64,000 bases of DNA from Carcharhinus longimanus (lineage: Eukaryota), in assembly GCA_030264375.1 (NCBI GenBank), contig JASCQW010000132.1:99236962-99300961 (forward strand), read 5' to 3'. Position 1 is the first letter of the stretch; every line of letters starts with the position of its first letter. The notes below the pieces were generated by a model. That model did not search any database and was not told the origin of the DNA. It was given only the letters and a program-made list of their open reading frames with translations. Positions 60,220 to 64,000 of this stretch are shown piece by piece. A program made the position numbers and the translations under genes.

Positions 60220-60499
60220 CAGTGTTTTTCAAAATGGAAGTCGCGACCTGCAGATGGGTCATGGGATGTTGCAAAATTGGTCACCAAAAATGATCTGCAA
60301 AGATCGCCTGACCTTTTTTCCCCTTTTTCTCTTGGGTACATTCTCGCTGCAGTACAATGCATGACCACATGAAGCAAGTATAAACAGGTCAGCATGTCCT
60401 GTACATGCACTTGCTACCAATTATCTTTCCCTTCCCTGGGTTGCAAGGAATAGTTGTTTGGTAAAAGTGGGTCACTGGAAAAATGTTTGAAAAACACTG
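60220..60499. mobile_element. 280-bp hAT (Charlie-type) MITE with intact TIRs and TSD
   Basis: Perfect 14-bp TIR CAGTGTTTTTCAAA / TTTGAAAAACACTG. Identical 8-bp target-site duplication CTGTAGAA at 60212-60219 and 60500-60507. Confidence 0.9.
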
Positions 60500-61694
60500 C
60501 TGTAGAAAATAAAAGAAATACCACATTCAATAATTATTAAATGTTGAAGGACATGCTGAAATCTTTAAAAAGAGGTCTGCAGTGTTTATATGATCCTCAT
60601 CCAAATATCAATGGAGAAACAGAAGTGAAACTTCAGCACAGTAGTTTTACACTCTCTTGGTCTGATCACTGGATCTGTCATATCTCCTTTAGCCACTTTG
60701 TCTGCACCTTTCAGTTCATAGCTCTATTACTATTGTTCCATTGCTACTTTCATCAAAGCATCCATCCGTTAAGGCTCTAACTACAACATTTTCAATTACT
60801 CCACTGCAATAAGTATTCATTTAAAAGGATTGGCAAGCCAAAAACATGTCCAATACATTTTCTAAAGATTGGAAAAGAAATACAAAGCTTTCTATTCCCA
60901 CAGCAGGAGACAGAAAGATACAAGATAATACAAAGTATATTGCAATATCTGAAGCACTTTCCTCATGATTTACCAAGTGCAAGTATTGACGAATACTCTA
61001 CGATTGTCACTACGACTGTTCTGTATTTCAGCACTACCACAGCCTGTAGTGCAGCATTATTATAGCCTCCAGGAAGAACAAAAGTCTCTTTCTATGTTTA
61101 ATAACTAAAATGAAATCCCATCAACAATGAATTTACCAGATAAAACTGGGAGTGGTTACCTTATTATTTCTTAGTGTGTTCAGCATGATGGGTTTGCAAA
61201 AGGTGTAGAAAGATTAGAAGTAATATCATTAACTGCTTTTCTCTTCACTTTTCAATGCTCTCTTTGTTCTTGTCTTCCCGGTTTTCATTTTCATTCAAGA
61301 ATCCATCACAACTAATACAATGGTCCTGGGAGTCCAAAATCAAATCTCCAGCTAACCATTCCTGATCCTACAAAAACAGTTGACCATCAACCATATCCCT
61401 TTGTGGAGCGTATGTATTGCATAGGCTGTGTAATTAAATAGGAGCCAGAAAGATATTTCTTTCAGAATTCCAGTTTACAAACATCTGATTCATAAAATAT
61501 GCTTCTGTAATGATCTCTAATATTATTTGCTTTAGCACAAATATTGGCTAGTTATACAACTAACTGATCTTTGTGTCTGATTTTGCCTTCAAATGGTGTC
61601 TTAAACAAAGTTGCTGATCATCTGGAACTGACACTATTATTACATGATTTGACGGTAAATATTTTCTGTCACTGTCAGATGATCAGATCTACCT

Positions 61695-62075
61695 TATGAA
61701 TCATAGAATTCCTAAAGCAGAAGGAAGGCCATTCAGCCTATTGAGTCTGCACTGACTCTCTGATAGAGTACCTTATCCAGGCCCTCTCCCATGCTCTATC
61801 CCTGAACTCTCACACATTTACCATCTGTCAAACCTAGACATCTTAAGTTTATTTATCAGTGTCACAAGTAGACTTACAATGAAGTTATTGTGAAAATCCC
61901 TTGGTCGCCACATTCTGGCATCTGTTCAGGTACACTGACGGGGAATTTAGCATGGTTAATGCATCTAACTAGCACGTCTTTCGAACTGTGGGAGGAAACT
62001 AGAGCACCCAGAGGAAACACATGCACAGATGGGGAGAACTTGCAGAGTCCGCACAGACAGTGACCCAAGTTGGGA
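61695..62075 (-). mobile_element. Composite of two HE1/V-SINE-type pieces
   Basis: The CR1-type tail (GCAGAAGGAAGGCCATTCAGCC) at ~61715 is followed by a second tail (AAGTTTATTTATCAGTGTCACAAGTAG) at ~61845 and then the V-domain GTGGGAGGAAACTAGAGCACCCAGAGGAAAC. Confidence 0.7.
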
Positions 62076-63499
62076 ATATTTGTCCCTTAGTAAGAGACTA
62101 TTCCAAAATTTTGTCTATATATGAAATTCATTTTGGGAATTCTACATAAATTGCATTACTTTGAGAGGTGATCAATATAAATGGCGTAACTTCTGTAATT
62201 CTATATATGTTCGAAAGTCTGACTAAATATGTATGTATTTTCCACCCAAAGTAATGCTATATTAGAGAGCATTGTTGTAATTGTATTTCAGTACTTCTAC
62301 TCTAGATGATACAGCCTTTGGGACTTTCAAGAGACTCTTTTGAGAGAGATATCCATACATCCAATATCTCTTGGATATATTTGCAAGATAAGAATAACAG
62401 GGTTACCTACTTTAGCACCCCTATGATTGGGTTTACAAACTCATCCTAAGCTAAGCTGCAGAAAGAGTCTGGCAGTGTTAACAATGCTTCCAGTCGATTA
62501 TAGTAATACCTAGAGTTAGATCAGTCATTTTAAAAAGTTAATTCCATATCTGAAGACCATCACAGCTAAGCAGATTGTTATAATCTTACCTTAGGGAGCT
62601 GAAAGTGGAATGGAAAGAATTCTTTCTTGTACCAATCAACTGAGAGACTGGTTTTGCTAGTAGTATCATCTGCCCATGAAGCACTTGGGCTGTCTGCTGA
62701 CTGCTGTGGATCTAAATAAATCTTCATTACTCTGACTGATGCAGCAATTTTATTGATCTTGAATATGCCTGGAAAATATGGAGACACTTATGTCCTCTCA
62801 AGGCACTTAACCTCTGTTCAATTAATGCAATTTAGTTAATAGGTTGTTTTACTTTTCAGAGTTAATGAACTGAGCCTTGGCATTTCAGTATAGTAATAAG
62901 CAGGTTTCTTCCTAGATGTCTTCACCATGTAACAAGCAATTTTATAACAGGAATAAGGCCCTATCCAAAAACGTATTAAAGGAGATAAACTTTTGTACAT
63001 GACATATGGGAAAGTTGATGGTATTTTTGATAATATTTAGAACAGAGCGGCTGGTAGCAATAATAAAAAACACTCACATTAACTCTAACTGCCAAACTTT
63101 AAAAACACTCCAAAGGCTACTAGTTTTAACTAGCCACATGTGAAATGCGTGCTATGCAGAAGTGTGCATTATGCAGAAATTTATGATATGCAAATATTTG
63201 CAACTCTAATGGCTCTTTTTGACGTTAGCTTCACTAAGGTTTTTAAAACTGCAACCAGGCATTACTGAATAATATGAGAAACAACTCATATTACTTATTC
63301 AAAGTATTAATGCTTCTCTGGTCTCATAGTGCACTCCCAGCAAATCTGTGCCAAAAATGGATGGATGCCAGCTCAAAGCTAGCTCACAGCACACTGAGCT
63401 AACTGCACTGTAGGGTCAGGTTATTTGAATATTTAACATAATGAGCTCAGCTTTGGATTTGCATCAACAGCTAGTCTAACAGGCTTGTATAAAGTCTAG

Positions 63500-64000
63500 C
63501 TAACAGCACAATTTTAGAAGGATTTGCTCACTTAAAGGTAAGTGCCTGTTTCTGGAGCAAACCTTTGAAGGTAAATCAGTGTCAGAGCAGTGGGAAGCAC
63601 TTAAGCAGAAGACAGAGCGGGTTCGGAACAAATATATTCCCACAAATGGGTATGAATCTCAAATTTGGCTGCCCTGGATGCCAAACAACATACAGAGTAG
63701 AATAAGGCAAAAAAGGAAAGCTTATGTCTGATATTAAGACCTCAATATTGCAAAAAGCCTAGAGGGATTCAAAGAGAGCAGAGGTGAACTTAGAAAGAAA
63801 ATTGGAAAACAAGAGGATACACAATAAATGGTAAGGTACTGAGAGATTTAAGGGAAAGGAGGGACCTGGAGTATATGTCCACAGATGCTTGAAGTTAATG
63901 AGACAAGTAAATAAGATGATTAAACATATGAGAGCAAGAAGGTTATATCAGAAATGTATGAAACAACAGTTAGACCACAGCTAGACTAATGCATACTTCA
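63500..64000 (+). mobile_element. Degenerate CR1 ORF2 fragments running off the window
   Basis: GKSVSEQWEALKQKTERVRNKYIP, PWM and, at the end, SKKVISEMYETTVRPQLD (CR1 LY..LVRP.LEY-like). Confidence 0.65.

Overview
Vertebrate genomic DNA, most likely from a shark or other cartilaginous fish, judging by its repeat content (HE1/V-SINE-type, DeuSINE, CR1, L2, RTE, Penelope and Harbinger relics). It is a draft assembly with many N gaps. The only protein-coding gene I can support is Irx1 (iroquois homeobox 1) on the minus strand, in four exons: 33998-33768, 31097-30110, 29891-29822 and 29547-29493. All introns are GT-AG and the splice phases are consistent. Almost all of the homeodomain falls in a 430-N gap. 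The gene sits in a ~20 kb zone that retains CpG and has few young repeats, with many candidate conserved enhancer blocks around it. Both flanks are dense with decayed and often nested retroelements and MITEs. The most unusual signals are Penelope-derived termini with minimal hammerhead-ribozyme cores (two families, all copies visibly mutated), a head-to-head pair of them with a 19-bp microinversion inside a DeuSINE, an in-frame alternative donor in Irx1 intron 2, and a 28/56-bp higher-order minisatellite. The remaining ORFs in the track look like transposon fragments, gap artefacts or chance ORFs. Family assignments come from motif recognition, not database searches.
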